Assembly (NCBI GenBank): GCA_973895155.1
Contig: OZ316894.1
Coordinates: forward strand, 18,700,805 to 18,764,804
DNA: 64,000 nt
Source of the DNA: Marsupella aquatica
Taxonomy: Eukaryota; Plantae; Marchantiophyta
Direction of reading: 5' to 3'
Positions 1 to 15,189 of the stretch are shown here, one piece after another. The translations under genes were made by a program, and so were the position numbers. The notes under the pieces were generated by a model. That model saw only the letters and a list, made by a program, of their open reading frames with translations, had not been told where the DNA came from and did not search any database. Each line of letters starts with the position of its first letter. The stretch's first letter is position 1.

Positions 1-2093
1 GTGAGATGACTCTACTCGAATTGATCCAACCTTGAGGCATTGGGTCCGTGGGACAGCCGTGAGGTCGACTTCGAGACCAAACCTCGATACGATGAGTCCA
101 AGACTAGTAAAACATTTGCTCACTTAACGCAGGCAGTATTGACATATTATTGTGCACAGGCTCTGCAGATTAGTTCAGGCAATACAGCATTGTTTCTGTC
201 AAGACTCACAATTTTGCGTGATGTCTAACAAACTTAGGCTTCGTCGGTTGGCATGAGGACCGTGTAATGTAAGCCCGCGACAGGTCTCACATCCAGAAAG
301 CACTCTTAAACTTTGGCAATCACATGACACACTTCACCAGCTCGAATTGTCCACGCACAATATGTCGAATTAGTTGAAAATACCTACTTTTCTGGCACAA
401 TTTGAATCAATCTTCTGTTCGTGAATGCGACAGACAGATGCTGAAATTCCATAAATATGGTTGATTACATCTCAACGAGTCTAACTGTTGGGGTCTACTG
501 AGCACGCTGGATCTTCCTCGTCTCTGTAGTGATGATTCATGGTCCCGCTTTCTTCTTCTTTATAATATGGTGAAAACGAGATCAATTAAGCGGTTGAACG
601 AAAACCTGGGAGATTCAACCATTCGATGGTGATCTCCATTGACGCATCTTACGTTGTATGTTGCAGTTTTCCATTTAGTCTGCGTTCGGATTCTAAAGTA
701 GCACGATCAAATTCAAACACTTCACCTAATTGAGCATGTGTGCGTATTTCTTCACCTGACTACAAACAGTATCCTTTCCTCTGATCTGTTTATTACAAAA
801 AGTTCCCATATCTGGAGCTTGACTGCTAATTCATCTTATTTAAGTGCCTGGATAATCGATGGAGATCAACTTCTCTTCGGAATGAAATCAGCCCGGCCGT
901 CCTACTGTACATGATTTCTACTTTCTCCAATACCTCGGGACACGTCAGAGGACAAGGAAGGTGTCCCGACTCAAACTAGTTAGCTCGATATACATTTAGT
1001 TGGTCATGGATTCAGTCATAGATCGAGTCTACACACATCGGCTGAAAGTTCCGGTGCCCTTTCTGGAAATGCCTTCCATGGATTTTGGTGAGAAATTGAC
1101 AGAGTTCTGGTCTCCCTCAGTCCTGCAGTCGAGTCCTGAAGAACTTGGGGCAAAATTTCAAGAATCCGTTCCAACAAGAAAAGTGAACTTGCATATCAAA
1201 ACCTCCACAAAATCCTGCGAGGGTTGCTCACCTATCGCTCCTGACGTTTGTATTTTTCAGCGAGTTAAAACTCTTTCGAAGCAAACATTCGTCAAATATC
1301 TGTATCCCATACAGCTCTCACTCCAACGACGAAACGCTAAGACGGGCCCAACAGCAAGTGACTCGCACGGTAGCAACTGAACCCTGGACACGACTCGGCT
1401 AGTTACTACACTTCACGATTAATCGAATTACCTTCCCATTGTATTGACAAACCTGACACAACCGAGTCATCAAATTCTTGCTACGTATCTTCCTAGAACA
1501 CAATCACGAACCATCCCTTCGCCATCTTTCCTCTGAAGACTTTTCGCTGAGAATATTCGGGTGCAGGCATTTTGCTTTTCCACCAACATACCGTGAAATA
1601 AAATACATCTCACACGAAACAGTACAACGAAAAGGTAGCCTAACAAATAGATCCGACCCAATAAATTGCTGTATGAGGAGAGCTGAAGGTGTAAAATGGA
1701 GTCCCAAGAAATTACTTGGGACAACGAACAGGAACCCTGACAGACTATACAAATCCCTTGGGCATATGACCTCCACGGGGTTATCTGACAAATGGCTCCT
1801 ATCGTGCGGTAAAGATGATTCAGGGAAGGGGTGTATCTAATCATCAAGAACCCCACCCTGGCTGAAAAGTCGACTGATTCTACTGTGGCCGTCAGAAGAA
1901 GTGACCATTCATTAAATGGTTTCTACTAACCAAATGAATTGTGCTATGCTACAAAGCCTCTCCTGAGTGAGCAATTTTATGACCTTCCAAGCCAATTCCG
2001 CCATGACGTCTTCTAAAGAACTATGCGACTGAAGGCATCTTTTCCTAGAAGAATGTAAAGTCATTACCAAAAATTTAATGAGGATGCTGAGAC

Positions 2094-5000
2094 TCATGGC
2101 GCTAGCACCAGCACTTTGATAGTACCTTGACTATTGGCTGCTAAAAGGGTTGGCGACTCACTTTTCCAACAAACTGCACTAATGAAGTGGTTACTATCAT
2201 CATCACTGTCATCACGATCTGAGGATCCAAACCGGTGAAAAGTTGTGGGCTTCGACATTGCCTGCAGAGCCACAAGACATAGCATGAGTTTACTAACGTT
2301 GGACCGCCTAGTCGAAAGGAGAAGAGACAACAAGAAAGAAAGTAATAGCCAAAATTCACACAGTCTAACCTTATGATAGACAAAGACCTCATTAGTCTCG
2401 CTGCCACAAGCAATGTACTCGCTGTTCACAGTCAAACCAACGAAGTTCTTCTCATTGGTGTGTCCTTTGAGAGTCCTTATCTGCAACAGCTCTGGTATTA
2501 ATTAGCACATTCAACGCGACTCTCACTACTCAAGGAAACAAAAGTTGCGCGTGCTCCAAAGAGATCTCCAGACGACCCTAGTTCATTGATGAAACAAATG
2601 AGCAGGCATGCTACCTACCTAATACATAGACACGCCTGTGGACAGAATAAAAACTTCTTGAACTGGCACAACTTTCATGATGCGGCTTGTCGCCTATTCA
2701 AGCCCAAACACACACCAAAACGAGGGCATTGTACTACAAAAAAATTACAGGGAAGTTTGAATCATACTGGGCTGTTATCTTGCACATCCCAAAGGCGAAG
2801 TGTGCCATCTGTTGAAGCAGAAGCGAGCTCGTTTGGGGAGATGAACTTCACATAGGATACCGCTTTGCGGTGTCCGTTGAACACAAACAAAGGTTGGGCA
2901 GGGTAGCGAAGATCATAATAATGAATCCGATGATCGGCAGATCCGACCTGCAACAATGATGTCATCACTCTATCAGAACTAAAGACAATTAATCATGGAA
3001 ACCCTTAATTGCTTTACTTCAGCATACCACCATTTCAAAAAAACAGATCAGCACTTCCACTCTCCAATCAGATTCAATCAAGAGCCTGTGAATTTCAGCG
3101 GCTGTGAGTGCCTACTAGACACAACCTATATAGCGTTTCCTGCAGCGTATGGAAGAGATGCTCACAGCTATAAAGTTGCTTGAGCCAGGGTTGTACTTCA
3201 CACAACAAATGTTGGCTCTCATATCGATATTCATTACACTCGATTCTTGCCTTGTACACCAGACCTTAACCTGCTTTCACGAATGAGTACCATCAGCGTG
3301 CAAAACAATGCAAGTGAACATATACGAACATCCATGTACCATTTTTGTACATCATCGAGCAGGAACCGCAGCTTTGTGGTAAGGCAAAGTCGAGGGAATT
3401 TACTGACATCAACGAGGGGTGCTCACCTTCTCATCGTCGCTCCCTGACACGAGTCTCGTGGGTTCTGTCTTAGAAAAGTCAACACTCCAAGCACGTTTTT
3501 CATGCTCTTCGTACTCCATAATGCTCTGTCAAGAATCCAAAGTTCACTGAGTAATTGTGCTTCATAACAGAGTGAGCCTTACAAGGAAATTAACAGACAA
3601 TTCCTATAACAAAACGGAGGAATATCACTCAGAGACGAGCAAGGCAACAACTGGGGTGTCGCCGACAACTCCTAAGCCTGGGAAATGAACGCAATTTCAA
3701 AGTCAATCATTCAAGTCGGGATAGAGTAAGTTGCTACCTGGTGAGTATTCGCGTCCCATACCGTCACAATGCCTTCATAGTCACTGCTTGCAATGTGGGA
3801 CTTGATATACTTATTCCAGCTTAGGCAACTAAGTTTTGACCTTGTGGTCATTTCCACAACTGGACAGTGAACATCCGCGAGTTCATTCACAACCTGCGGG
3901 ATAGTTGGGTTAGTAAAAGTATTTCAATATTTCTCTGCTTCTCAGTAAATTGTGGTCATTCCGACGGGTCACTAACATGACACCACCAACTAATCTGTCG
4001 ACACTCAAAGCGAAGTTTCACGCGGTCAAAAATCCACGCTTGCTAGAATCAATGAGAAAGGAAAGTAACATAGGACAATCCAAGCGTCTCAGAGTGCAAC
4101 ATCCTCAAAAACGGTTGTACTGGCAACATACTGAGGCAAATTCGAACACTTTGATGCGCCTTGAGACACCGGCGGTGGCAAAATACTCGTCATCTCGATC
4201 GAATTCGATGCTGTGCAATAAACTACAATTCCTCAGTGTGTCAACATCGTAGGCAAGAACCAAACACTATCAAGATCAACGCTTTGGCAAAGACACTGCA
4301 GCATTAGAACTCGACTACCTTGAGACAATGTTGGATGAATGAAAAAGATCTCCATGCCGTAGCTCTGCAATTACGCGCAATTTACTGCATACAGTAAAGA
4401 GTGGAGTCAGTCATCAATCAATACAGTACACTCGTCCAAATTATCTTTTGCTCCTTCGCATACATCCGCAACCACACACGCTCCGACACAACTGTACGAG
4501 TCATTCCTCTACTCATTTGTGCCTGATTGACTCCTTCCAACCCGGCTCAGAAATGTCAGTTCGAGAGACCTTGAGTCAGTATCAGGACCTTTCCCATCTG
4601 ATGCCCACATTAACTCTCCTTCGAATAAAACGAGGGCTTAAAGTCACAAGATGTGCTACGATGGAACTCAATTGCTCCTAGTAGAACTCCGGGGTGGAGA
4701 GCAACAAACCTGTAGCGCGTGATCGCAGTGAGTACGGAATGGAAATCTTCAAGGCCCGTACGTCGATCTTCAGCCCAAGAGTCTGATTTCAGGCCTCCAT
4801 CTTTAAGTGCCTTCATCATCACAGACGCCGTCGTCACTGCAGCCTTTCTCCTTCTCTTTTGGAGATAACATTCTTGGAGATCTTCAAACTGAAAGCCAGT
4901 AAGAAGATGATAAAAAAAACTTTATCAGAAAAAATGAAGGACGTGCACAATGAGCACTTCCTGGATCCTAGAACGCATGCAGCACGGCAACCATCATTTA

Positions 5001-7565
5001 CTTGAGCTTGTAGTAAAAGTAAATTCAACGAACATACGAAACGTCAGCTATCCTTTCAAGCTCAGAACGTCCGCATAAAGTAATGCAACATACTTGCTCA
5101 AGTACTCTTCGCTTCTTTGCAGCAGAAATTCCAGCTTTGGGGGCTCCACCTGGTCCCTCATTGCAATCCTCGTCTCCATGCGCATCTCTCTTAAGGCTCG
5201 AAGAAGAAGAAGACCTATGCCTGCCCTCCAATCTCCTTTGCGAGCTGTGACTAGGAACGCCTGCCCCTCCTTGACCATTTCTCACAAGAGAGACTGCCCC
5301 ACCATTACTAGAATTATCCGAAGCCAATCCATCCAATTGCGGAGGTGGTCCATCGAACAGAATGCGAATTTTTCTGGAGAAACGCGCTTTCGACCTAAGA
5401 AGTTCTTGCCGTTGCTTTTCAACATAAGCTATGTCCTCCCTAAGAAACTCTAAATCACCTTGTAGCTGCGAATCCCAAAACAAACGAAAATCAGCAATTA
5501 TGTGACTCCATTTCTTCAGAAAAAGAGAAACATGGTGCTAAGAACCCCGTCCTAAACTTCAACTTCAGCTCTTGTTGGAGGTAACGGACCTTCCGTAAAG
5601 GAACAGCCACAGAGAAATCATTGCCCGAACAGCCCTATGTCTCACCTCATTCAGTTCATCTTGTTTAGATTGGCGAGATCGGTGGAGAAACTCCAAAAGG
5701 ATCTCCATATTAGACTCAGCTTCCTCCTGTTCAGCCTTATGCTTCTTCTCTGCCAGTAACGCTAATAAAGAATCTAGTTCTTTAACAGAAACTTCTCCCT
5801 GTCAAGCCAACAACGAAATCAGCCTCGAATGCAAAACTGTCTACAGCTTTCTAAACACTTTCAACCAGGTAAAAACCTACTACAGAGTCTAGATCCAGCT
5901 CACCGAGCGGATCATCTCAGGCAAGTTTGGTATCTGAGATGGCTATGCTTGTGTGAAAATTTGCAAACCAATGTGCGAGAAGGATCAACTCACCTTCGTA
6001 AGAGCCATACGGATGTTCTCTGTTGGTGAAGCGTTAGTAACAAACTGGCAGGCTGAAGCCTTCCTTAGAAGCTGGAAGAGACAGGAAAAGTAAGGTTAAC
6101 ACTAACAGTAGAAAGTTACTGCGATATCCTTTGCAATCACCGCAGAGAGCTCAAAATACTGGTCCAAAGTGTTGAAAGGCTAGAGACAATCAAAACTATA
6201 CGAAGGAAACTCCTCATCGGCTAGAAACACACAATGCAGAGACTGACAAGCTAATATATTTTCGCATCTGAACGAGATCAGAGATCAGCCGTTGCAAGAG
6301 GCCATGGACAAGGGAGCTAGAAGAACTACGAGAACTTTAGTACGTGAGGACTAAGAGAGTACAGGCGTAACTCCAAATTCCAGACAAGGACAGCCCCATT
6401 TTTGCAATGACCACAGAATGAGCGTCAACGAATAAGACGTGAAAGAAATCAAAAAATGGCAAACCCTATCAACCTATCAGACCCTGTCCCACTCTAAACC
6501 TGAGGAGTAGCACCTCACTGCTCGTCTATAGCATACCCTTATATCAATTACAGGAGAACGTAGCACGGAAGAATCTCAGGGAAAAGGCGAATCATCCCTA
6601 ATCAATCCAATTGCAGCCAAAAGGCTCTGCTAAAGACGGGAGGAGTTCCCAAAGGCTGTTGATCCAACCAGAGATTTGCCGCCACAATTTCTCGGCTGTG
6701 TTTATCGTTTCCCGCATTTAGAGATCGCGATACACGCCACAAGATAGACCCCAACTCTTTCCACTCCAATGTGCAAAGCAAAATTCAAACCGGGCAGACT
6801 CACCCTTACTCCAAGCCAAATCGGGACATGAGACGACTGAGCACATGAAGTAACACCGGAGCCCATTCCCTACTTTTGGAAACTTGCATAGACTACTGTG
6901 ACAGGAATTACTTGAGGGACAATGCACAAAAGCCACATGTCCAGTGGTACCAGCCTCTAATGCATCAAGTACAACATAGAATCAGGGAACAGTCTATACC
7001 TCGCTATTACAAAATCACCAGTACCAGCTAGTAGAAAATGATGCAGCACTACTCCCAGCGCCCGCCCGCCAAATCGGAATGGACATTCCGTTTCAAATAC
7101 CACCACAAAGAAATCCCGAGCGCACCCAGCATGGCTCGCCGTGCAAAGAAGGTCACAATGCAAGAGATTGAACCAAACAGGAGCCGAGGAAAGAGAGAGG
7201 AAGAGAGGTTCTTGAAAAGAACATTGCATGTTGCAGCTGACCTTATTTAGGAGAAAGTTAGGAAACAGTTGGCTATTTGTCAAGTAGAGGCCGCAGCTTG
7301 GACAGTTACTCTTGTTATTCAAATGAGTCATAATACAGGTGTAGCAGAAGCTGTGACCGCACGCCGTCAAGAAGGCATCCTTCATCGTTTGAATGCAGAT
7401 AGGGCAGAGAAAATCTTTGTCCACTTCCGATTTCGAGTGTCCGCCTGCAAGTGAACTGACCCTACCCTCCTTACAATCCGAACCCCAGGAATCCCCCCGG
7501 GCATCAACTTTGGCTCCTCCCATAGTCGGAACACTCGGTCCAACAGACCCTTCTGTGATCTCCAT
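2094..7565 (-). CDS. COP1: E3 ubiquitin ligase COP1 (RING, coiled coil, WD40), about 13 coding exons
   Basis: Exon 1 (ATG 7565 to donor at 7242) encodes the RING finger [38 protein letters not shown]. Coiled-coil/NLS exon contains [11 protein letters not shown]40 exons include [24 protein letters not shown] and [12 protein letters not shown]-terminus is [14 protein letters not shown] (stop 2094-2096). Introns are GT-AG. Confidence 0.97.
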
Positions 7566-10500
7566 CCTTGCTGTTCCTCCTCGCAGTCTCAATCAACCCC
7601 TATCAACCGATATTCCACGCTCTCGTCCTCTAGGAGCCCATCGACGTTCCAGTTCCGCTCCCGTCTTGACCACCTGTTTCTCCCTTGTTTGCAAACACAT
7701 GGTTCCGCATCTCGGTTCACTATATCTCGCCTACCGAGTCGGACACCGTCACTCCTCGCCGGTATCCCTTCCGCGAAATCACAAAACCCAACGCACTTGA
7801 AGCCTACCACTTCCACTGTCCTCCACGTCCACCCCAACACCCGTTCTCAATTCGCAGTTCCTACTCTGCTCCTCCTGTCCTGCGATGAAACCACTTACCG
7901 ATCATTTCTCTTCCATCCTCAGCTCCAGGACATCGATCTCCTCAAAGGTCCAATTCGAGCTCGGAAAACTCGACCAGGAGGCAGCAAGTGCGTTTGTTAG
8001 AGAACGCCCACGGCGACAGGAGTAGAGTCGGCCAGTCTAGGCAGTTCGTTGCCTTCGACTGCCTCCATTCTTTCTTGCGCCTCGTCCTTCGCAACCTTGC
8101 TTCTCAATCTTCCGCCATAGCCCTTCCTCACTCGTTCTCTCTCTCTCTGTCTGTGTCTGTCTGTCCTTATTCCTGATGGACCCTCGCCTCGTACTCCTGT
8201 TGCCCAACGTCCTTCACTGGCATAACCGTGGTCCTCGTCTTTCCGCTTCCGAGCGACGTTTTCTTTCGCTCTTCTTTCCGGTTGACTGGAGGACGGCTCG
8301 CAGCGAAAGGGCCACGCGAGAGAGGGGCAGCGGGGCCAGATGAGATGAAGTCGGGGCAGGTCCTGGAGCTTTCACAACCACGCGATCGCGGGCGATTCGC
8401 CGGCAAGGACGGGCAGGCGCTCCGTCGTCCACTAGTTTTGGCTCGGTCCTCGAACGCGGCCCTTCCACGTCCCCCCCCCCCCCTCCGTGTAGCACCGGAG
8501 CGCTTTCAAGTTCCCGTCGTCGCTCTGCCCCTCTCTCCTCCTTTCATCGCCTTCTGCCGTTCGCCCCGTTCCCCTTTCCCTCTCATCAACCGCCCCCTGG
8601 TAGGGCCCGCCATCTCCAGCGGCGAATCCCACCACGTGACCCGGAGCGCCCTCTCTGCCCCCTGCACCACCCTCCGCTTGCCACCTGCGCTCCTTCCCCT
8701 AGACCCCCACGCCCCTACCAACGGATTGAAGGATTCGTGTTGCTTCGTTTTTCCTTCGCGGTAATAAAAGTCTTCGAATGCCCATTCGCTTCGCGGTCAA
8801 AATTAGCCGCCGCTAATGACAGATTAGCAGTCCGCGTTTTTAGAGGTGTGTTTTCCCACTTTTAGGCGAGTGGTTGGCAACGATGGGTCGAGAACTGCCT
8901 TTGCTCTTACTTTACCGACGTGTCTGTTTCTGTTTTGCACTCAATTTTAGCCCATTGCTTCCGTAATCGACACACGGAGGAAGAGACATCCGAATCCTCT
9001 ACTTTATCGACGTGTAGTGTCTCTGTTGGCGTGGAAGTCAAATTGGCTCTTGATGGCAGACGAAAGCTTTAGCGTGAACCAGGGTTCTTGCCACGGTATC
9101 CACCCTCAAAATGGTTAGTCTTATATGATAAAGAATCCTCCTAAATCATATAAGCGTGTAGAAACAATTTGCATTTTGCAGAGCACATAAAAATGGAAAG
9201 GAATCGAGGTCCACCACAATGTTTGACAAACAACTTGGATCGCCCATGCCGACCTGATAGACCAGTTTCATATAACTCCTATTTTTGATATAGCGATAAG
9301 TTGTTATTTGCTTAATCTTATGGATCCATGTGAGGATAAACTTCTGTATGATGTAGCTGATCTCTCACTTTCATGAGTTTTGAATGAATTTTACTTCCCC
9401 AGCACTGGTGATTGCTTGTGAAAGCTATTTGTCCCTATGTGACTTTGTAGTCATTTGTTGACAATGTTGAGGTTCAGTAGTTCTATGCTAACGAGCACTA
9501 ACAAGACACCAAGGGCCCTCTTACATGTGGGCAGCCCTTGAGTGTGTGGCCCTCAAGTGAGCAGGGGCCATGCCAACCTTGAGTGAGATTTTTATGCCTC
9601 AACTCCTCCTTGGGCAGGTCTGACGGCATATGTGGTGGATAGCCAAGGGAGTGGACTGGCCCTAAGGGTCCTGAACCTTGAGAATTGATTGATAAAACCA
9701 AAGACGAAGTTCACACATAGCAAAGTTCACACTAGCCAAATAAGTTCACACTAGCCAAATTATAGCAGATTCTGTGGGAAGATTGAAATATATTTTCCCC
9801 AACAATGGACGAGTCCTAAGGCCATAAAACAATGGACTCTTGACATGCAAGACAGTCCTAAGATGCTAGTTTCCCATTGATGTCCCTTGCAGACTTGACT
9901 GGTTGGGTAGAAAGGAACTCTATAATTCTGACTCTGATTAAGTTTGCACTATTGTACAGATGAATCATCAGATTACAAATAAGTCAGATTAAAGAAGACA
10001 AAGTGAGTGAGAATTTGGTTCCATGCAATGAGCATGCTTACAGACTAAAAGATAAAAAGAAAACAGGAATATTCATGCAAAACAGTAGTGCAACATCCAC
10101 AATGAAATTGTGTCACTCACATTTGAGATCACATTCAAATTTTCTGCTCAATACTCTGTCAAGAGCTATGTTGTACTCTCCTTGGCATATTGTTAATCCT
10201 CTATCACTACCTCTGTCAATCCAGCCTCATCAACTCCAAGCACTCATCGGTCTGCACAATATCATGCTTCAAACAATGAGATAAGTTTTCTCCTGCATCT
10301 GAGTCATTCTCTTGCACTTTGCACAGGTTGCTACAATATCGTTGCTTGGAGTAGACCCTACAGGTTTTACAATATTACAGAAAGTTTTAACTTGGTTTAA
10401 GTACTAAGTTGGCTGTGATCTTAACTTATCTTGAGGTCCATCTTGTTGGTTCAAACTTCTCTCTTGGACCAACAGCTCTCAAATTCATATTATGGATGGG

Positions 10501-11702
10501 AAGTTTGGGTTTTGTACAAGGACAAATATCAACACATGCTTTTGAGGGCCGGGCATTGTGAGAGAAACCTTGGTTCCTGCTAATAGTTTCACTTGTAGTG
10601 AAACAACTCCAAATTCTGTTTTAGCTCTGGCTAGATGACTACTTGTGGTATGGTGGTGAAGTGGCCATGAGGTTACCTTTGATTGAGCATTGAGGAACAA
10701 CTAACTATCTAGAAAAGCCACTCTCCATTTGATAATCTTGAATTGAGTTGGAATTATATCATTTCTTACATTCATAACTCTATCTGCTAAAAAAGGGGGG
10801 ATTGATGCCATACACATGGTTCGGCCGCCCTGACCTGAGTGTACAGTATAAGGTACTGTAGCCAACCCTTAATGATGTCCCATACTTTGTACTCCATACA
10901 TATTAGCTCGTTAAATCATGCCCAACATTTGAAGCCCCCCTTTCTACTGATTGGAATAAAGACTTCGTTGTGTGGATTCTCTTTACTTTTCATGTTAATT
11001 ATGTTTGTTATTCTATTTGTACATTGTAATCTTGTTTGTCCAAATTTATTGATTACCAAACTACATCTTTTGTAGTTTTGTGTGATGATATCTGTTATGC
11101 AATGAAAATCCTAAAGGAAACAACCTGTTTTGTGGCACAACGCCTTTTACACAAAGACTTCTGTTATGCAACAACTTCTTTGACATACACAAAGTTTTCC
11201 TGCACAACATCGTTTGCACAGTCATGACATCATATGTGCAATAACCTCCAAATGACCTCATCTTTTGTGCAGCATATCTTTTACGCAATGTCATCTTTTT
11301 TGCAAGAGCATCTTTTAAGCAAGGATATCTTTTGTGTACATCGTCTATGCAAGACACGGGTGTTCAACATGTATAGTATGATGTATGAGCATGTGAGTGT
11401 ACCAGGTGTACTGAGGGGTGTGGACAAAAGTACCACAATGTGTTGGGGACCCCACTCGTTATTTGGGGCTGAGTATGTGCAAGAGTAGATTAAATAAGTG
11501 ACGCTCAGCACAGGTTCTCGATCTCGAGACCCCACGTACCTCATCCATATTGATTGGCTGAGTATGGGGGAGGGTAAAATATTCATATAGAAAAAGTAAT
11601 ACAGTATGATACAGAAGCATATGGGTAAACTAGACATACCAGGTGTACAGTAGCTGGTTAATAATGGAAAGGAGGACAACCCAGATTTGTTAAGGAACCC
11701 AG

Positions 11703-11728
11703 TACGGTGTTTGAAATGTTGCGGGGAG
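11703..11728 (+). repeat. Left terminal inverted repeat of the IS3EU-like element
   Basis: 23/26 match to the reverse complement of 35230-35255. A further GAAAAGAGTCT..AAAGAGAG subterminal match lies at ~11770 and ~35200-35220. Confidence 0.85.
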
Positions 11729-12769
11729 AAAATCTGCTAAAAAGTTGAACCGAGAAAAAATATCTGCGGAAAAGAGTCTGAAAAGAGAGGATTCGGAACT
11801 GGAAAGATAAAGGGAGAAAAACAGAATTACATAACTAGTAATGCGTAAAAATAATCAAATGGGTCACTACAAAGTGTAATTATAATTTTTCTTCTCAAAC
11901 ACAACATTGGAAAAAATTGGAAATAATATAAGGTGAGAAATATTTGAAGCATTCAATAATGAGTAAAAAATTCAAAATATTCTACAGAGAAAATTAATTT
12001 TGAGATATTGGAGAAAGTAAAAGGTTTTACTCCAAATGATAGTTAGGGGAATAACAAAATGGAGCATTTTGAAGGGAGAACAAATTTCACGGAAAAAATA
12101 CCTTCTCCCGAAAAAGTCACCCCAAAAAACAATGCACATCCAGAAAAAATAACACACCAAATATACACCACCACCAAGGTTTTATTTTATTTTAGAGAAC
12201 TAAAAAATAGTTTTCATTCTCAAGAGAGAAACATGCAATAGTTTTCAAGCGGGAGTTTTTTTTGGCGGGGAAGTGATTCATTGATCAAACTACTGTACAC
12301 ATTGAAAAACCAATTATCCAATTTCTAAATAGGGAATAAATAGGAACTAATTAAAACTCAGGCACTTAAATGCTTAACAAAATGCCCAGATGACTATATG
12401 AACTTAACTCATTTTATTAAAAAAATAACTTTTATTCTGGTAAGGATAATGTGGTCTATCGCTATCTATCTGTGTTTCTTGGAACCCCCTTCACATCAAA
12501 CCCTCATGATACTTTGTTCATACTACCCTGGTCCGTTGACACTTTAATTCATAACTAATTGATAAATAAGTTAGTTTTGTAAACATTAACCTTAACCACA
12601 TTTTATGACTAACCATCACCATAGAAAAAAAGGCTTAACTAAGGCTTCAACATACTTGCTCCACAACAACAACAGTTCAAGGAAAGGTAGAACCACCAAA
12701 GTCAGGACCAATTTGCGATCACAAGGTCGGTCATGCTGTGTCTCTTAAAAAATACACAAGAAACTATCA

Positions 12770-15060
12770 GCATTTATTATTTGGCAATTTCTTTCAAAGG
12801 GGTCCAGACTAGAGTAAATACCAACACTGTTTAGAAATACAAACAACTTGACCACATTTGGGTATCACTCTATGGTGTAAATACACAAAGAAAATATGAC
12901 GATTTGTTTCTCAGCATTTTATTAAGACAATGGTCCACAGGTAGCGTAAATGGGAAGAGCACAACAAAAATGCAAAGGACTTGAATTGACCTGCACCACC
13001 ACACAATTGGCCAAAGAAATGTCAAACTGACAGCAAACTGGGAGCAAATTTGGAATCACCAAGGCCCACTAAATCTAGGGTGTAAAAAGTTATGTTAATT
13101 TGCTTCTTGACATTTTTTTGAAAGAAAGATCCAAAGCTAAGGTAAATGGGAAGCTCATATTAACCAAAATACAAATGACTTTCTCCCCTACACAACTGAC
13201 TTATGAAAAATGAAACCAATAAAGTGAGAGCACATTTCAAATCACAACATCAAGCTTAGCCTAAGGGGTAAATACACAAAGAAATCATGTGAATTTGTTT
13301 CTTGGCATTTTTCTTAGACAAGGCTCCAAAGTTAAGTGGGGTAAATGGAAGGATCATCACCAAAATACAAAGAACGTGAACAAACTTGCTCCCTCACATA
13401 GCTAACTAAGGAAAAATGAAATCAACGAAGGGAGGACTGATTTTGATTCACATTATGAGGCTCAGCATGAGGTGTAAATGCAAAAAAAAAAACCATGAGC
13501 ATTTGTTTCTTGGCATTTTTCTATGACAAAAGCCCAAAGTCAAGTAGGGTAAATGGGAGAACCATAACACAAATACCAAGGACTTAAATAAGCGAGCTCC
13601 ATCCCACAATTGCCCAAGAAAATGTGCAACCAGCAAAATAAAAGTGGGTTTGAGATCACCAAACCAGACTCAGTCAAAGGTGTAAATAAATGGAGAAATT
13701 ATGTGAATTAGTATCTTGACATTTCTAACAAGGCTCCAAAGCTAGGGTAAATGGGAAGATCAAAATGAAAAATAATACAAAGGATAAGAACAAACTTGTT
13801 CCCCCACACAACTGACTAAAGAACAAAAATGAAAATCAACAATTTTGATTCACAATATGAGGCTCAGCCTAAGGTTTAAATACAAAAACAAATAATGAAC
13901 ATTTGTGTTTTGGCATTTCCCTAATCTGACAAGAGTCCAAAGTCAAATAGGGTAAATTATAGGAGAACTATAACACAATTAACAAGGACTTGAACAAACT
14001 CACTCCATTCCATGACTTAGCAAGAAAATCTGTAACCAGCAAAATGAGAGTGGATTTGGAATCACAGGACCAGGCTCAATCAAGGGTGTAAATAAATGGA
14101 AAAATTAGGTGGATTTGTATTTTGACATTTACTTGAAACAAGGTTCCAAAGCTAGGGTAAATGAGAGCATCATAACCAAATTACAAAGGAGTTGAACAAA
14201 CTTGCTCCCTCACACAAATGGCTAAGGAAAAATGAAACTAACAAAGTGAGCAGATATCTGATCACAATATAATTAGTCTGAGCATATGGTGAAAAGCACA
14301 AATAAATTTTGAGGATTTGTGTCTTGGCATTTTCTTAAAATAACGGTCAAAGTTAGGGTTAAATGGGAAGACCATGACAAGTATACAAAGGACTTGGACC
14401 GACTTGGTGCACCACATAACTGGCCAAGAAAATGCTGAACCAGCAAAGTGAGAGTGGATTTGGAATGACCCAAGCCAGGCTCAGTCTACTAAGGGTGTAA
14501 ATACTCAACAAAATTATGGGGATTTGTATCTTGGGATTTTGCTCAATCAAGGTCTAAAGGTAGGGTAAATGAGAAGATCATATCCAGAATACAAAGGATG
14601 AGAACAAACTTGATCCACCACACAACTAACCAAGAAAATTTCAAACCAGCAATGTGACAGGCAGATTATGAATGAAAATACCATGCTTAGTCCAGGGTGT
14701 GAACTTGTGGCAAAATTATGAGGATTTGACGCTTGGCATTTTGAGACAAGGGTCTAAAGGACAATAAGCTCTCCTGGAGCAAATATAGAAATGACTTGAA
14801 TACTCTTGCTCCACTACAGAAGTGACTTAAAAAAGGTGAAACCAACAAAGTGAGATCTTGTCCAATGACAACAATCATTGTAAATGGAGGTTGTACAACA
14901 TAAACAAGTTATGAGGATCTGGTTTCTTCAAACAAGCTAGGTTGGGTCTAAAGCAAATTTGGAATCAAAATACCAGGCATGCTTAGTCTTGCAAAAATCA
15001 AGGATTTAATTATTGGCATTTTCAGATAAGGGTCCAAAGCTAGGTTAAATACTAGGATGA
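12770..15060. repeat. Degenerate ~200-bp tandem array (~10-11 copies) inside the left arm of the transposon
   Basis: GGTAAATGGGAAG-like anchor recurs at ~12946, 13141, 13340, 13548, 13746, 13951, 14156, 14359 and 14565, with shared AAGGACTTGAACAAACTTGCTCC and ATTTGTTTCTTGGCATTTT blocks. Confidence 0.85.
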
Positions 15061-15189
15061 GAGCAAAATTATGGGCTCAAAACATGAACAAGTATCTCTT
15101 AAGCCAATAGACTAGAAAATCACTTCTTCGAATATTGCTAAAGCCTCAAGAAGAAGTGTTTGTGTCACTGGTAAACTATTACATTACCT

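Noticed and set aside
1-2090. Short ORFs (1000-1380, 1478-1840, 1470-1856)
   Set aside because: No recognisable motifs and overlapping on both strands; likely COP1 3' UTR or intergenic DNA.
7589-8764. Cluster of GC-rich overlapping ORFs upstream of COP1
   Set aside because: Low-complexity translations from a GC- and CT-rich promoter/5' UTR with mostly non-ATG starts. No supportable protein.
9400-11700. Possible outer element (CCCTG ends at ~10830 and ~35430) hosting the IS3EU-like insertion
   Set aside because: The ends are in the same orientation and I found no matching TIR pair or TSD.
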